Virus record (IMG/VR): IMGVR_UViG_3300020061_000005
Reading direction: 5' to 3' (one strand)
DNA length: 64,000 nucleotides
DNA from: a virus
Taxonomy: Duplodnaviria > Heunggongvirae > Uroviricota > Caudoviricetes
Part shown: piece by piece, positions 20,156 through 30,598 of the stretch
Numbering within the stretch: position 1 is the stretch's first letter
How the letters are laid out: every line of letters starts with the position of its first letter
Notes under the pieces: generated by a model
The model's database searches: none
Seen by the model: the letters and a program-made list of their open reading frames with translations, nothing else
Told to the model about the DNA's origin: nothing
Translations under genes and position numbers: made by a program

Positions 20156-21444
20156 TCATGGATCTCACGAGCTATCGAGACCAGCTACGCAAGCGCATCG
20201 ACTCGATGCAGTTGCCGACCATGGGAGCCACCGAAGGCGATCTGGTGCCACCGCAAGCTGGTGGGGCAATGCAGCCAACGCCATCACCGCAGCCGCCCAA
20301 CACGCCACCGTTCACCGATACCGGCGAGGGTCCGTGGGTGGATGAAGGCGGTGAGCCTGCGCCGCCTGCTGATCAGGCAGCGGATCTCACTGCGGGACAA
20401 GGCGGTGCTGGTCCTTCGCCGCAGCAAGGTACTGGCGGTGCGCCAGGAGCACCTGGTGGAGCAAAGCCGCCGTTCGAGATCAAATACAAAGAAGGCGCGC
20501 TCGATGAGGTGAAGGGGTTCGGCGATGTCGTGAAGGCGATGCAGCCGAAATCACAGAACAAATACATGGATTGGTGGGAGCAGCAATACGGCTCCATCGA
20601 TCAGAAGTGGGATGCGCTGCAGTCGGAGCTGGGTAAGCGGCCAGACCCGAAGGGCAAGCTATCACGCAAAGAGAAGTTCGGGCTCCTGATGGAGTTCGGG
20701 CTGGAACTCATGCGTGCATCGCAACCTGGACAAGACACCGGAGGTGGGGCGACGACTGCAGCGTATAACGCCGTCCGGAACACGCAGGCCGAGCGCAAGG
20801 GTGATCAGCGCGATTGGGATATCCAGAATCAGCTGGTGACGCAAGGCCGGCAGAAAGATCTCTCCGCCATCGGCTCGCGCGGCCAGGCCATGGCGACGCA
20901 ATCGAGGATGGATGCCGATCAGTCACGTTCTGCCAAAGACCTGGCCATCGCTGGTCGTCCGCCGAAGAAGCAGACGATCAACACCGACCAGGGCGTGATG
21001 GATATCTCCGGGGATGAGCCCAAGGCGATGACGGTCGACGGCAAGCCGCTCACCAACCTGAAAGTTGGATCACGTGGTGGTGCTGCGCATGACACGCGCC
21101 CTGCGGAGCAGAAGAAGTACGAGCACCTGGTGAGCCTGGGCGTTGGTGATGAGACCGCGCGGCGCATCGCGTATCGTCAATCGAGCGGTGATCCTCGCAA
21201 GGACTACAAGGATGTGTTGAACGCGACGCTGCGCGCGAATGGCGGCGATCAGGATGCCGCGAAGCAAGGTGCGCAGGAGTTCATCGATATGGCCTACGGT
21301 CCGGATGCGATCAACAACGCGCGCACGCCGGACATCAACAAGCCGAACCAGATCAACTCGCAAACTGACTACGACGCACTCCCCGTGGGCGCGACCTACA
21401 CCGCACCCGATGGCAAGCTACGCAAAAAACAAGCTCCAAAGTGA
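20152..21444 (+). CDS. Pro/Gly-rich internal virion protein-like
   Basis: 430-aa ORF with a low-complexity N-terminal half. Confidence 0.45.
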   Translation: MIMDLTSYRDQLRKRIDSMQLPTMGATEGDLVPPQAGGAMQPTPSPQPPNTPPFTDTGEGPWVDEGGEPAPPADQAADLTAGQGGAGPSPQQGTGGAPGAPGGAKPPFEIKYKEGALDEVKGFGDVVKAMQPKSQNKYMDWWEQQYGSIDQKWDALQSELGKRPDPKGKLSRKEKFGLLMEFGLELMRASQPGQDTGGGATTAAYNAVRNTQAERKGDQRDWDIQNQLVTQGRQKDLSAIGSRGQAMATQSRMDADQSRSAKDLAIAGRPPKKQTINTDQGVMDISGDEPKAMTVDGKPLTNLKVGSRGGAAHDTRPAEQKKYEHLVSLGVGDETARRIAYRQSSGDPRKDYKDVLNATLRANGGDQDAAKQGAQEFIDMAYGPDAINNARTPDINKPNQINSQTDYDALPVGATYTAPDGKLRKKQAPK

Positions 21445-21447
21445 ACC

Positions 21448-24400
21448 ATGGCCAATTTCTGGGACAACGATCCGGTTGAGGCAGAGCCGTGGGAAGCTGA
21501 TCCGGTAGTCGATCTCAACCCTGCGAAGAAGTCAGTGGAGGCGCCGATCGAGGCACCTTCGTATCTGGATGCGCTGAAGGAACGCACCGCGGATCTCGGC
21601 GACTCGCTGATGCACCTACCCGGTGAAGTGAAGAACCTGGTGGGGCCAACGGCACGCGAGATGGGCGCTGGTATCAACCGTGCTGGTTACGATCTGCTGG
21701 CCAAGTCGAAGGACTACCAGGCGCGGCGCCTGCGTGATCTCTCCATTCCGGAGCTGCGTGAAGGTGGCAACACGCCGGCCGATGTGGCAAGCGAAGAAGC
21801 GTTCAACGCTGAGATGAAATCCGGCGCTGCCGGTCGCGTCGCGCGTCGCGCCAACCTTGAACAGCAGGAGGCAATCCGTCCTGAAGCTGGTCCACTGGAA
21901 AGCGCCGCCGCGCAGGGCCTATCGAGCGCGGCGATCTCCGCGCCTGCGATCCTGGCGGCTGGACCGGTGATGGGCTCTGCGTTGCTCGGCGCCGGCACCG
22001 GTGGCCAGCGCTACACGCAGCTCCTGGACAAAGGTGTGCCGCAAGCTGCCGCGGCGAAGAGCGCGCTCATGATGGGCTCGCTTGAAGGGCTGACCGAATT
22101 CCTCCCCGGCCAGGCGCTCGTCAAGAACGTGCCGGGATTCTGGAAGCATCTGGGCGAGTTCATGGTGGCGGAGCTTCCAGGGGAGAACATCAACTCGGTC
22201 GCGCAGTTGATCGATGACTACCGCCTGCAGCTACGCGATGACGTCACCAAGGATGACTTGCTCAAGGCGATCGAGGACACGACGCTGCAGACCATTATTG
22301 CCGGCGGCGCGCAGACCGGTGCGGCTCACCTGCTGCAGCAAAGTGTCGATAAAGCGAACCAGGCGAAGCCAGCAGCGGGTAAGACTCCACAGTTCACGAT
22401 GCCCGAGCCGGTGGTGCCTGAGCCGGCGCCGCTGTCCCTGCCAGCGCCAGGTGCCACCTGGACACCGCCTGATGCTGATTTCGTGGTGGATGCGGCCGGC
22501 AACGCCGCCCCTCCTGGTGAGCAACAGAAGGCGCTGCCACACTTGCCGGAAGCGCCCACCGGACAGTTCGAAGCTGGACAGGAGGGTGTCCGACAGCTCA
22601 CTACACCAGAGGTTTCAGCCCGTGAGCAAGAAGAAGAGCGACGCCAATCACTTGGGCTCGGAAACGTCGAGCGAGTCCCAGGATCTGAGCCTGTTTCACG
22701 GGGAACGTCGCCGCAGGAGACCACCGACCTATCGGCGCTCCAAGCGGCCAAAGATGGCACTGCTACGCCGGAACAACTCGCCGGACTGAAGGGGTTCGTC
22801 AACGGGAGCGGCCAGATCCTACCCGCTGGCCGGCGCGCGCTCAAGAGCGCGCAAACCGAGCAGGTAAACGCAGCCGCCACGCTCGCCGGTCCAAAGGCGC
22901 GCATCACTGTAAAGCCACGTGAGGGTCGCTGGGTCGTCGCAATGGACGGCGAGGAGCAGGTGGTGGTCGACAGCGAAGCGCTCGCCAGGGACATCGCCAA
23001 GGAGGCCAGGCAGCACCTGTCGGGTCCGGTGGAAGTGCTGGGCCAGCAAGTGGAGCATCCAACCGATCCCACCGAAGGCCAGAAGGACGCCGGCAACTAC
23101 AAGAAGCCGACGATCAATTTCGCAGGGATGGAGATCGCGATCGAAAACCTCACCGGCTCAACCCGCCAGGGAAAGGATGCGAGCGGCAAGCCGTGGTCGC
23201 GCGTGATGCGCGCACCGTACGGCTACGTGAAGCGCACCGAAGGGGCTGATGGTGATCCGGTGGACGTGTATCTCGGGAAGAACCCGCAGTCCGACTCGGT
23301 GTACGTGATCGACCAACTCTCGCCCAATGGCAAAGCGTTCGATGAACACAAGGCCGTGATCGGAGTGAACAACCAGCAGGAGGCCGAGGCGCTGTACCTC
23401 AAGCACTACCCTGCCGGGTGGAAGGGCATGGGCGCGGTGACGCCGATGCCGGTTGCGAAGTTCAAGGAGTGGGCGCGCAGCGGCAACACCAAGGCGCCAG
23501 TCACCTGGAAAGATCCGGCGCTGCTGCCGAAGCGCTCGACCAAAACGCCACAGGCGCAGCACGACTCGATCCTGGAATTCATCTCGAAGACGAAGCTGCA
23601 CTCCGCTGAGAAGAACGGGCTCGACCTGGATGCGCTGGTGGCTGAAGGGCTCGATCCGAAAGAGCTGCGCGCCGCGAAGGGCCACGGGATCAATCGGCCG
23701 TTCACCAAGGGCGGTGCATCGCTCGATGCGATGGCTGAGATGCTGAATGATGCCGGCTACCCGGTGCAGAACGAGAAGGGCGACTACGACAAGAACAAGT
23801 TGCTCGATCTGATCACGAAGGAGCTGCGCACCGGATCGCGCGTCACCGCGCAGGCCAAGAATTTCGACATGGAGCTGGAGGATCTGTCGAAGAAGTACGA
23901 CCAGCCGGCCAAGGATCTCGACATTCCTGATGACCTGACCGGGATGACGGATGAGGAGCTGTCTGCGCTGTCGCGCCGGATCGATGAGATGAGTGCCAAG
24001 CTCGATGAGGCCGAGGCCAAGGTGGAGGCGACGCGCGAGCGCAAGTCAATCCAGGATGAGCCGATGTTCCAGCGCGACAAGAGCGCTAAGGATCGCGTGG
24101 ATGAAGAAAAAGAGCGGCGCGCCGAGAAGAATCTGCTGATCCAACACAACCTGACGGCGGCGAATCTGCTGCACTCCGTGAAGATGGGCGGCATCCCGAT
24201 TCCTTCGCTTGCGATCACGAAGAAGGACCAGGGTCTCACCAACTTTGGTGAGATCACCTTGCTGGGTCCGGTCCAGATGGCCGATCCGCGAGGCTACGCG
24301 CGCACTCGTGTGTTCGGTGCGGATGTGTACTCGCCGCGGTATCCCAGCGTCTCGTACTCGGTGAGCAGCAAGGCTGTGGATCGACTGTCCGCGTTGATCG

Positions 24401-27400
24401 CGCCGCACGCGAAGCGATTGGGGCATCGTGAATTCATCGGCGGGGATGAGCTGAAGGATGGTCCGCGGGAGTTGGAGAACACTGCTGCCGTGATGGATAT
24501 GTTCCTTGCCAGTAAGGGCATCACCGTCAAGGTAGATCCGAAGGAGGAGCAGTCTTACGTGGCCACCGAAGCGCTGCGCAAGCGCATCCGCACGGAGGGT
24601 ATGGAGGAGGAGTTCAGCGATTATGTCTCCGAGCTGTTCGCCTCGCTGTCGCCGGCCGAGCGGCTGTTCCAGGGATTCACCTACTCGGGTAATCGCCGCT
24701 ACAAGCCGCACACCCTGGCCAATGTGATGGCGATGCTGAAGAAGGAGCTGCGCGGCGGTGAAGGCTTCAACTACGGTGTGGGATCGCTGCGCTCGAAGTT
24801 CACGCCGCAATTCAGTAGCCTCAAACAGATCAGCGAGAATCAGGATCGCCTGCTGACCGAAGAAGAATTCAAAGCCGTCAAGGAGCAGATCGATACTGAG
24901 TTTTGGGAAGTCGCTGGCAAGCTCGCGCCGTACAGCGGGCGCGGCAAGGAATTCGGCTGGGGCGACACCGTGATCCACATCATGGAGGACGCCGCGAAGA
25001 TGGGGATCGGTCGTGCGCTCAACGAGTACAGCATCGAAGATGTCTCCGATGACGTTCAGAACGACATGCGCGAGTTCATGGGCAAGCTGCGCACGCTACC
25101 CACGGAGTACTTCGAAGCGAAGATCATGCGCGAGGTGGATCTGGCCGAGTTCGCGCACGCCGTGGCGCCCAAGGGAACCTCACAGAAGGCGCTCGATGCG
25201 CTGGCAGCGCGTGGTGTCAAGGTCACGTTCTACAAAAAGGGTGATGATGCGGATCGGCGCCGAGCCATCCAGCAAGCAGCCGAATCATCTTCCAATGTGC
25301 TGTTCAAGAAAGGTGAGGCGCCGCCAGCCGGTGCGCGCACGCTCACTAGTCGAGATATTCGCGATGAAGTGAACCGCATCCTCAAGGAGTTCAAGACCCG
25401 GCCGCGGCTGCTGGTGGTGGACAACGGCAACCAATTCCCGCCGGATCTGCTGGCGCAGATGAAGGGCGGTCGCTCCGATCCCAACGAGGTGCACGCGGTC
25501 CAGTGGAACGGCGGCATCTACATCAACGCCTCTAAGTACACCAACCTGGAGGATGTGTTCGACACCGTGATGCATGAGACGGTGGTTCACTTCGGGCTGC
25601 GCTCGGTGCTGGATATCGACACGCACACCGCGATCCTCGATGGCATTGCCGCGAGCCAGCCGATGGCGGTTCGTCGCATGGGCCAGTTGGAGTACGGTAG
25701 CAAGTTCAATTGGGAAAACCTGCAGCAGCGCCGCATCGCAGCCGAAGAGGTGCTGGCCTACTACGCACCGCTGTACCTGAAAAATAAACCGGTGCCTGGC
25801 GCGCTCAAGCAGTGGCTGAAGCAGTTCATCGACGCGATCAAGGCGTTCATCGCGCGCGTTCGCGGCACGAAGCCCGACACGATGGTGTTGCCTGATGACT
25901 TCGATAAGAAGGCGATGAACAACATCATCGACTCGCTGCACGACTACCTGAAGGGCGGCAAGCAGCCCGACTACGTGGAGACCGCAGAGCAGGCGATGGC
26001 ACAGAAGCCAGCGCCCACCTTCTACTCCGCGCTCACTCGCTCCGCGATGGAAGCCAAGCGCACCATCGGCACCGCGGCGGAGTGGCTGAACACGCTGCGC
26101 AACATGCCTGGGGTCAAGAAGGAAGAGATGGAGTGGTCCGGCCTGGAGGAGTGGATCAACGGCCTGGATCATCGCGCCACGCAAGCGGAGGTGGTCGACT
26201 ACCTGCAGAAGAACGAGATCGAGGTGCAGGATGTCGTGAAAGGCGCCGAGTTCGAAGGACAGGACACGCCAGCGCAGGCGTTGAAGCGCCAGAACGATGA
26301 TTTGGTGGTGAAGATCAGCGCGCTGGGATTTGCCCCGAGCATGTATGACGGCACCTCGGACATGTTTCTCTACCGCAACGATGTCAATGAAACCTACCGC
26401 CACGTCGGCACCAACGTTGGTCGGTGGAAGGATTTTGCCACCGGTGCATGGGCACCTGATGCGGTAGCTAAACTCGCCGATGAGTTGCGTGCCGTGCGCC
26501 AGGAGATGATCAACGTGTCCTGGAAGCGCGACCGCAACGCGGCCACGCAGTACGACCAGTACACCACGCCAGGCGGTGAGAACTACCGCGAGCTGCTGAT
26601 GACGCTGCCAGCGCAGCCGTCGCCTGATGCTGGACCGCGCGGCTGGGGAGATACCGGTGGCGGCACCTACGATACGGTCAACTATCACTCCTCGCATTGG
26701 GATGAGCAGAACATTCTGGCGCACGTCCGCTTCGATGAGCGCACCGACGCCGATGGCAAGCACGTGCTGTTCATCCAGGAGATCCAGAGTGATTGGCACC
26801 AGGCTGGGCGCAAGCGCGGCTACAACGAACCGGACACCATGCAGAAATACATGGAGGCCAAGAAGAGGAAAGGCCAAGCCCGTGAGGAAGCTGCTGCCGC
26901 ACTCAGGCGCAACGACTATCTTGGTTTCGACCAAGTGGTGGATGCAGCGGAGGCGGTGCGTTCGCATCCTGACTGGCTGCAACGCTGGCACGTAGAGGAT
27001 GCCGCAGATGTCGCCGCTATCCAGGAGTACGTCGATGCGCACCAGGAAGTGGAGCGCTTCGGCAAGATGAGTGATGTGCCAGATGCTCCCTTCAAGACCA
27101 CCTGGCCGGAGCTGGCCTTCAAGCGAATGATCCGGTGGGCTGCGCAGCATGACTTTGATCGTATCGCTTGGACGCCAGGGCAGATCCAGGCAGATCGGTA
27201 CGACCTGAGCAAGCAGGTTGGCAGCGTGATCGCCACCAGGGAACGCAGCGATACTGTCTGGCTGGAGATCCGCAAACCAAACGGTGCGTTGATCGACCGC
27301 GGTGAACGGCAGATGTCGCGCCTGGAGGAGATGGTCGGGCAAGACCTGGCGCGCAAGATCGAAGCGCTGCCAGTTGGTGAGGCTCGTAAGTTTACCGGCC

Positions 27401-30252
27401 TGGATCTGCGTGTCGGCGGCGAGGGCATGATCGGCTTCTACGACAAAATCTTGCCGCAGACCGTCAACAAGATGGTGAAGCGCTTCGGTGCGAAAGTCGG
27501 CACGACGAACATGTCGGTTGGCGAATTTCGCGGTGCGGTGAGTGGCCAGATGGTTATGGAGGATCTTGGAATCCCGGAAGAACAACGCCGCGACTATTGG
27601 GGTGGACTTGAGTCTGTCCGGCGCAGCGAGTTGATGAATGAATATCGAAGCAGGGCACAGACTCGCACGCAGCCATTTCACTCCGTCGATGTCACCGACT
27701 CCATGCGCGCCTCTGCGATGGAAGGCCAGCCGATGTTCCAGCAGCGTCACAACGAGGAAGCGGTGGAGCGCACCCGGCCGGTGGGCGAGCAGATCGCCGG
27801 CTACAAGGCAGCGGCACAGCGCGCCATTGATGCCTGGAACCACAAGGTTGGCTGGCTGTGGGGACCGCTGGGCAAGCTGCCCGAGAAGGACAACTATCTG
27901 CGGCTGCGTTACCGAACACTCGGTGACCTAACGGAGATTCGCGTGATCTCGCGCGATATCTTCGACACACTGATGAAGTCCACACCGGAGGACAGCCAGG
28001 CGGCTTATGAGTACCTGACCAACCGCGAGGCGAAGGCAGACACCATCCAGGATCAGAAGATCCGGGCCACCGCAGAGCGCGTGAAGGCGATGTTCGATGT
28101 ACAGGGCCAGCGCCTGGTCGACGCCGGACTGATCCCGCAGGAGTCCTTCGATACTTACGCCGGCCAATATCTGCCGCGGCTGTACCTGAAGCACATCCTG
28201 GGCGACCAGCTGCACGCAGCGATGGGCTCGGGCAAGAAGATGTCGAACCTCGGGCAGACCAAGAAGCGCGACAACACCATTCCCGAAGAGGTCCGCAAGG
28301 TGATTCTCGGGCAGATCCAAGACCCGGCGTTCCTCGCCTCCTTCGGCGTGTCACGCACCATGCGGGATCTGGCGATGATGGATTTCCTCTCCGAAGTGTC
28401 GAAGAACGAGGCATGGACGCCCCCTGAGATGCTGGTCGAGTGGAATGGCCGCAGGGTCTCGCCGTTCTGGATGCACAGCGAGGCGGTACGGCTGCGCAAG
28501 ATGGCCGACTTCATGAAGGGTCACGAGCTGGCTGGTAAGGCGCGTGCCGTGGCGGATCGCATGGACACGCTGGCGAACGCGGCCATTGCGAGGCTTGAGC
28601 GTGCGGAGCTGGATGGCTTCAAGCAGATCCCAGATACACCCTCCTACGGCGCGCTGCGCGGACTGTGGGTGCGCAATGAGATCTACGAAGACCTGGTGGG
28701 TGCGGCGAACTTCATCGATCCGAACTCCGCGGAAGCCTGGATGCGCAAATGGTCCGGCAAGATCACGCGCGCCTGGAAGACCAGCAAGGTGGCGCTCAAC
28801 CCGCCTTCGCACTTTCGCAATATGATGGGCAACTCGATCATGATGCAGTTGGGTGGCGTGCCTTTCCGCACGCAGCCGCTGCGCATGGTGCAAGCGATCA
28901 ACTCGCTGCGTCACAAGGATCGCTTCTACCAGGTTGCCAAGAAGTACGGCATGTTCGAAGCCACCTTCGCGAACGTGGAGCTGGCGCGCATCGCGGATGA
29001 GTGGTTGTCGCTGCAGGACACCAAGGGCTCGCATTTTGGCAAACTGAATGCGATGGCCGGACGTGTGACGAATGCGATCGGCGATCTCTACCAGTTCGAG
29101 GAGGCGCTGTTCAAGCTGATGAAGCTGCGCCACAACATTGAGCAAGGCATGGAGGAAGGGGACGCGATGATCGACGCCCACAAGTGGCTGTTCGATTATT
29201 CCCTGGTGCCGCGCTGGGTTCGCTGGATGCGCAATGCGCCGTTGGGCGTGCCATTCCTCACCTACACCTACAAGGCGGTCCCGCGGATGCTCGAAGCCGC
29301 GATCCTCACCCCGCATCGGTACTTGCCGTACATCGCTGCGGTTTATGCCTTGAAGGAGCTGCTGGAGTATGCCTTCGATGTCGATGACGATGATCTGAAG
29401 AAACTCAAGCAGGCATACCCGAGTTACATGGAGAACAAGGGCGGCCTGATGCTGCTGCCCACGCGCGACGCCAACGGCAACCTGCAGCTCTTCGACATGG
29501 GCTATATCGTTCCCTGGGGCATGGCCGCAGATGTCGCCCGCCAAGGCGAGCACATGGAAGGTGGGATGATCCTTGACTCGCTTGGCATTATGAGTGGACC
29601 GATCGCCGACAACATCGCCGCCTGGAAGACCGGCATCGATCCCTTCACCCGCAAGCCGATCGTGAACCCGAGTGACAGCACGAAGGATCAGATGAAGCAA
29701 CGGCTGTGGTACGCATGGTCGCTCGCCGCACCGCCATTCCTCACTCCCTCTGGTGCTGGCGGCAAGCTCTACGACTACGCCACTGGCGCGGTCGACAAGC
29801 GCACTGGCGAGCAGAAGCTGACCGGCGGCCAGGTGGCGGCACGCTTCTTCGGCCTCACGATCTATCCGGTGAATCCACAGAAAAGCCGTGACACCAACAT
29901 CTACTTCATGCAGAAAGAGATCGATGAGATGCAGTTCCGGGAGCGGCAGCTCACGCGCGACAAGAACCTGGATGCAGCCGGCAAGGCCGAGATCCACAAA
30001 GCGTTTCGCGAGATGGTGAAGCAGAAGCGCACTGAGCTACAGCAGTACAAAAAGGACTCGGAGGTTCACCCGAACCTGCGAAATCAGGAGATAGAGGACA
30101 AGGTTGGAGCCTTGATCGATGGGAAACGGAAGCCCGAAGCGGTAAAAGCGCTGCGTGATGCCGGCTACCCAGCGCTCGCCGGACTACTTGAGGAAATGCC
30201 AGCTCGACACCGGCCGGTGGTTGCGCAGGCACTTCAACAAATGATGGCGTAG
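21448..30252 (+). CDS. Giant multi-domain protein (2934 aa); polyvalent or ejection protein-like
   Basis: Single 8.8-kb ORF with high GC3 throughout. It embeds an inorganic pyrophosphatase-like signature, DGDPVDV...FDEHKAVIGV...YLKHYPAGW. It also carries an HW(D/E)EQNILAH...FIQEIQSDWHQ block. Confidence 0.7.
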   Translation: MANFWDNDPVEAEPWEADPVVDLNPAKKSVEAPIEAPSYLDALKERTADLGDSLMHLPGEVKNLVGPTAREMGAGINRAGYDLLAKSKDYQARRLRDLSIPELREGGNTPADVASEEAFNAEMKSGAAGRVARRANLEQQEAIRPEAGPLESAAAQGLSSAAISAPAILAAGPVMGSALLGAGTGGQRYTQLLDKGVPQAAAAKSALMMGSLEGLTEFLPGQALVKNVPGFWKHLGEFMVAELPGENINSVAQLIDDYRLQLRDDVTKDDLLKAIEDTTLQTIIAGGAQTGAAHLLQQSVDKANQAKPAAGKTPQFTMPEPVVPEPAPLSLPAPGATWTPPDADFVVDAAGNAAPPGEQQKALPHLPEAPTGQFEAGQEGVRQLTTPEVSAREQEEERRQSLGLGNVERVPGSEPVSRGTSPQETTDLSALQAAKDGTATPEQLAGLKGFVNGSGQILPAGRRALKSAQTEQVNAAATLAGPKARITVKPREGRWVVAMDGEEQVVVDSEALARDIAKEARQHLSGPVEVLGQQVEHPTDPTEGQKDAGNYKKPTINFAGMEIAIENLTGSTRQGKDASGKPWSRVMRAPYGYVKRTEGADGDPVDVYLGKNPQSDSVYVIDQLSPNGKAFDEHKAVIGVNNQQEAEALYLKHYPAGWKGMGAVTPMPVAKFKEWARSGNTKAPVTWKDPALLPKRSTKTPQAQHDSILEFISKTKLHSAEKNGLDLDALVAEGLDPKELRAAKGHGINRPFTKGGASLDAMAEMLNDAGYPVQNEKGDYDKNKLLDLITKELRTGSRVTAQAKNFDMELEDLSKKYDQPAKDLDIPDDLTGMTDEELSALSRRIDEMSAKLDEAEAKVEATRERKSIQDEPMFQRDKSAKDRVDEEKERRAEKNLLIQHNLTAANLLHSVKMGGIPIPSLAITKKDQGLTNFGEITLLGPVQMADPRGYARTRVFGADVYSPRYPSVSYSVSSKAVDRLSALIAPHAKRLGHREFIGGDELKDGPRELENTAAVMDMFLASKGITVKVDPKEEQSYVATEALRKRIRTEGMEEEFSDYVSELFASLSPAERLFQGFTYSGNRRYKPHTLANVMAMLKKELRGGEGFNYGVGSLRSKFTPQFSSLKQISENQDRLLTEEEFKAVKEQIDTEFWEVAGKLAPYSGRGKEFGWGDTVIHIMEDAAKMGIGRALNEYSIEDVSDDVQNDMREFMGKLRTLPTEYFEAKIMREVDLAEFAHAVAPKGTSQKALDALAARGVKVTFYKKGDDADRRRAIQQAAESSSNVLFKKGEAPPAGARTLTSRDIRDEVNRILKEFKTRPRLLVVDNGNQFPPDLLAQMKGGRSDPNEVHAVQWNGGIYINASKYTNLEDVFDTVMHETVVHFGLRSVLDIDTHTAILDGIAASQPMAVRRMGQLEYGSKFNWENLQQRRIAAEEVLAYYAPLYLKNKPVPGALKQWLKQFIDAIKAFIARVRGTKPDTMVLPDDFDKKAMNNIIDSLHDYLKGGKQPDYVETAEQAMAQKPAPTFYSALTRSAMEAKRTIGTAAEWLNTLRNMPGVKKEEMEWSGLEEWINGLDHRATQAEVVDYLQKNEIEVQDVVKGAEFEGQDTPAQALKRQNDDLVVKISALGFAPSMYDGTSDMFLYRNDVNETYRHVGTNVGRWKDFATGAWAPDAVAKLADELRAVRQEMINVSWKRDRNAATQYDQYTTPGGENYRELLMTLPAQPSPDAGPRGWGDTGGGTYDTVNYHSSHWDEQNILAHVRFDERTDADGKHVLFIQEIQSDWHQAGRKRGYNEPDTMQKYMEAKKRKGQAREEAAAALRRNDYLGFDQVVDAAEAVRSHPDWLQRWHVEDAADVAAIQEYVDAHQEVERFGKMSDVPDAPFKTTWPELAFKRMIRWAAQHDFDRIAWTPGQIQADRYDLSKQVGSVIATRERSDTVWLEIRKPNGALIDRGERQMSRLEEMVGQDLARKIEALPVGEARKFTGLDLRVGGEGMIGFYDKILPQTVNKMVKRFGAKVGTTNMSVGEFRGAVSGQMVMEDLGIPEEQRRDYWGGLESVRRSELMNEYRSRAQTRTQPFHSVDVTDSMRASAMEGQPMFQQRHNEEAVERTRPVGEQIAGYKAAAQRAIDAWNHKVGWLWGPLGKLPEKDNYLRLRYRTLGDLTEIRVISRDIFDTLMKSTPEDSQAAYEYLTNREAKADTIQDQKIRATAERVKAMFDVQGQRLVDAGLIPQESFDTYAGQYLPRLYLKHILGDQLHAAMGSGKKMSNLGQTKKRDNTIPEEVRKVILGQIQDPAFLASFGVSRTMRDLAMMDFLSEVSKNEAWTPPEMLVEWNGRRVSPFWMHSEAVRLRKMADFMKGHELAGKARAVADRMDTLANAAIARLERAELDGFKQIPDTPSYGALRGLWVRNEIYEDLVGAANFIDPNSAEAWMRKWSGKITRAWKTSKVALNPPSHFRNMMGNSIMMQLGGVPFRTQPLRMVQAINSLRHKDRFYQVAKKYGMFEATFANVELARIADEWLSLQDTKGSHFGKLNAMAGRVTNAIGDLYQFEEALFKLMKLRHNIEQGMEEGDAMIDAHKWLFDYSLVPRWVRWMRNAPLGVPFLTYTYKAVPRMLEAAILTPHRYLPYIAAVYALKELLEYAFDVDDDDLKKLKQAYPSYMENKGGLMLLPTRDANGNLQLFDMGYIVPWGMAADVARQGEHMEGGMILDSLGIMSGPIADNIAAWKTGIDPFTRKPIVNPSDSTKDQMKQRLWYAWSLAAPPFLTPSGAGGKLYDYATGAVDKRTGEQKLTGGQVAARFFGLTIYPVNPQKSRDTNIYFMQKEIDEMQFRERQLTRDKNLDAAGKAEIHKAFREMVKQKRTELQQYKKDSEVHPNLRNQEIEDKVGALIDGKRKPEAVKALRDAGYPALAGLLEEMPARHRPVVAQALQQMMA

Positions 30253-30280
30253 CCATGGAACCACGCTGCGATCAGGTGTC

Positions 30281-30598
30281 GTGATGATGGAGCCGTGGGC
30301 TTGGGCCATCATCCTCCCAGTCATCATCGGTCTGATCGGTGTCATTTACACTGCTGGTCAACGCCGCGATGATAAGCAGGATGTACGCATGGAGAAGAAC
30401 GAACAGGCGTTCGATGACAAGGTGAAAGCTGACGCGGCGCTACACGAGCGAGTGGTGCGCACCGAAACCAAGGTTGAAATCAACGTGGACGAGATTGCTA
30501 AACTTCGGGACATGCGCCACAGCATCTTGGATGACGTAACTAAAACACTGGCTGGCTGGTACAGCGAAATCATGGATCAGATAAGAAAATGGAAATAG
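30281..30598 (+). CDS. Membrane-anchored coiled-coil protein (lysis cassette; holin/antiholin/spanin-like)
   Basis: N-terminal TM segment WAIILPVIIGLIGVIYTA followed by charged helical repeats. Confidence 0.45.
   Translation: MMMEPWAWAIILPVIIGLIGVIYTAGQRRDDKQDVRMEKNEQAFDDKVKADAALHERVVRTETKVEINVDEIAKLRDMRHSILDDVTKTLAGWYSEIMDQIRKWK

Noticed and set aside
25560-25600. Zincin HExxH metalloprotease motif (MHETVVHF) in giant protein
   Set aside because: The spacing is HExxxH, not HExxH, so it does not match the zincin signature.
25285-27843. 852-aa minus-strand ORF, and many other 60-300-aa antisense ORFs inside the giant gene and elsewhere
   Set aside because: They lie antisense to long coding regions with strong GC3 in the sense frame. 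They have Arg/Pro/Ala-rich junk composition and no RBS. This is typical high-GC shadow ORF behaviour.
21448-30252. N4-like virion RNA polymerase
   Set aside because: No recognisable single-subunit RNAP motifs (motif A/C, HDS) could be found by eye. Size alone is not sufficient.
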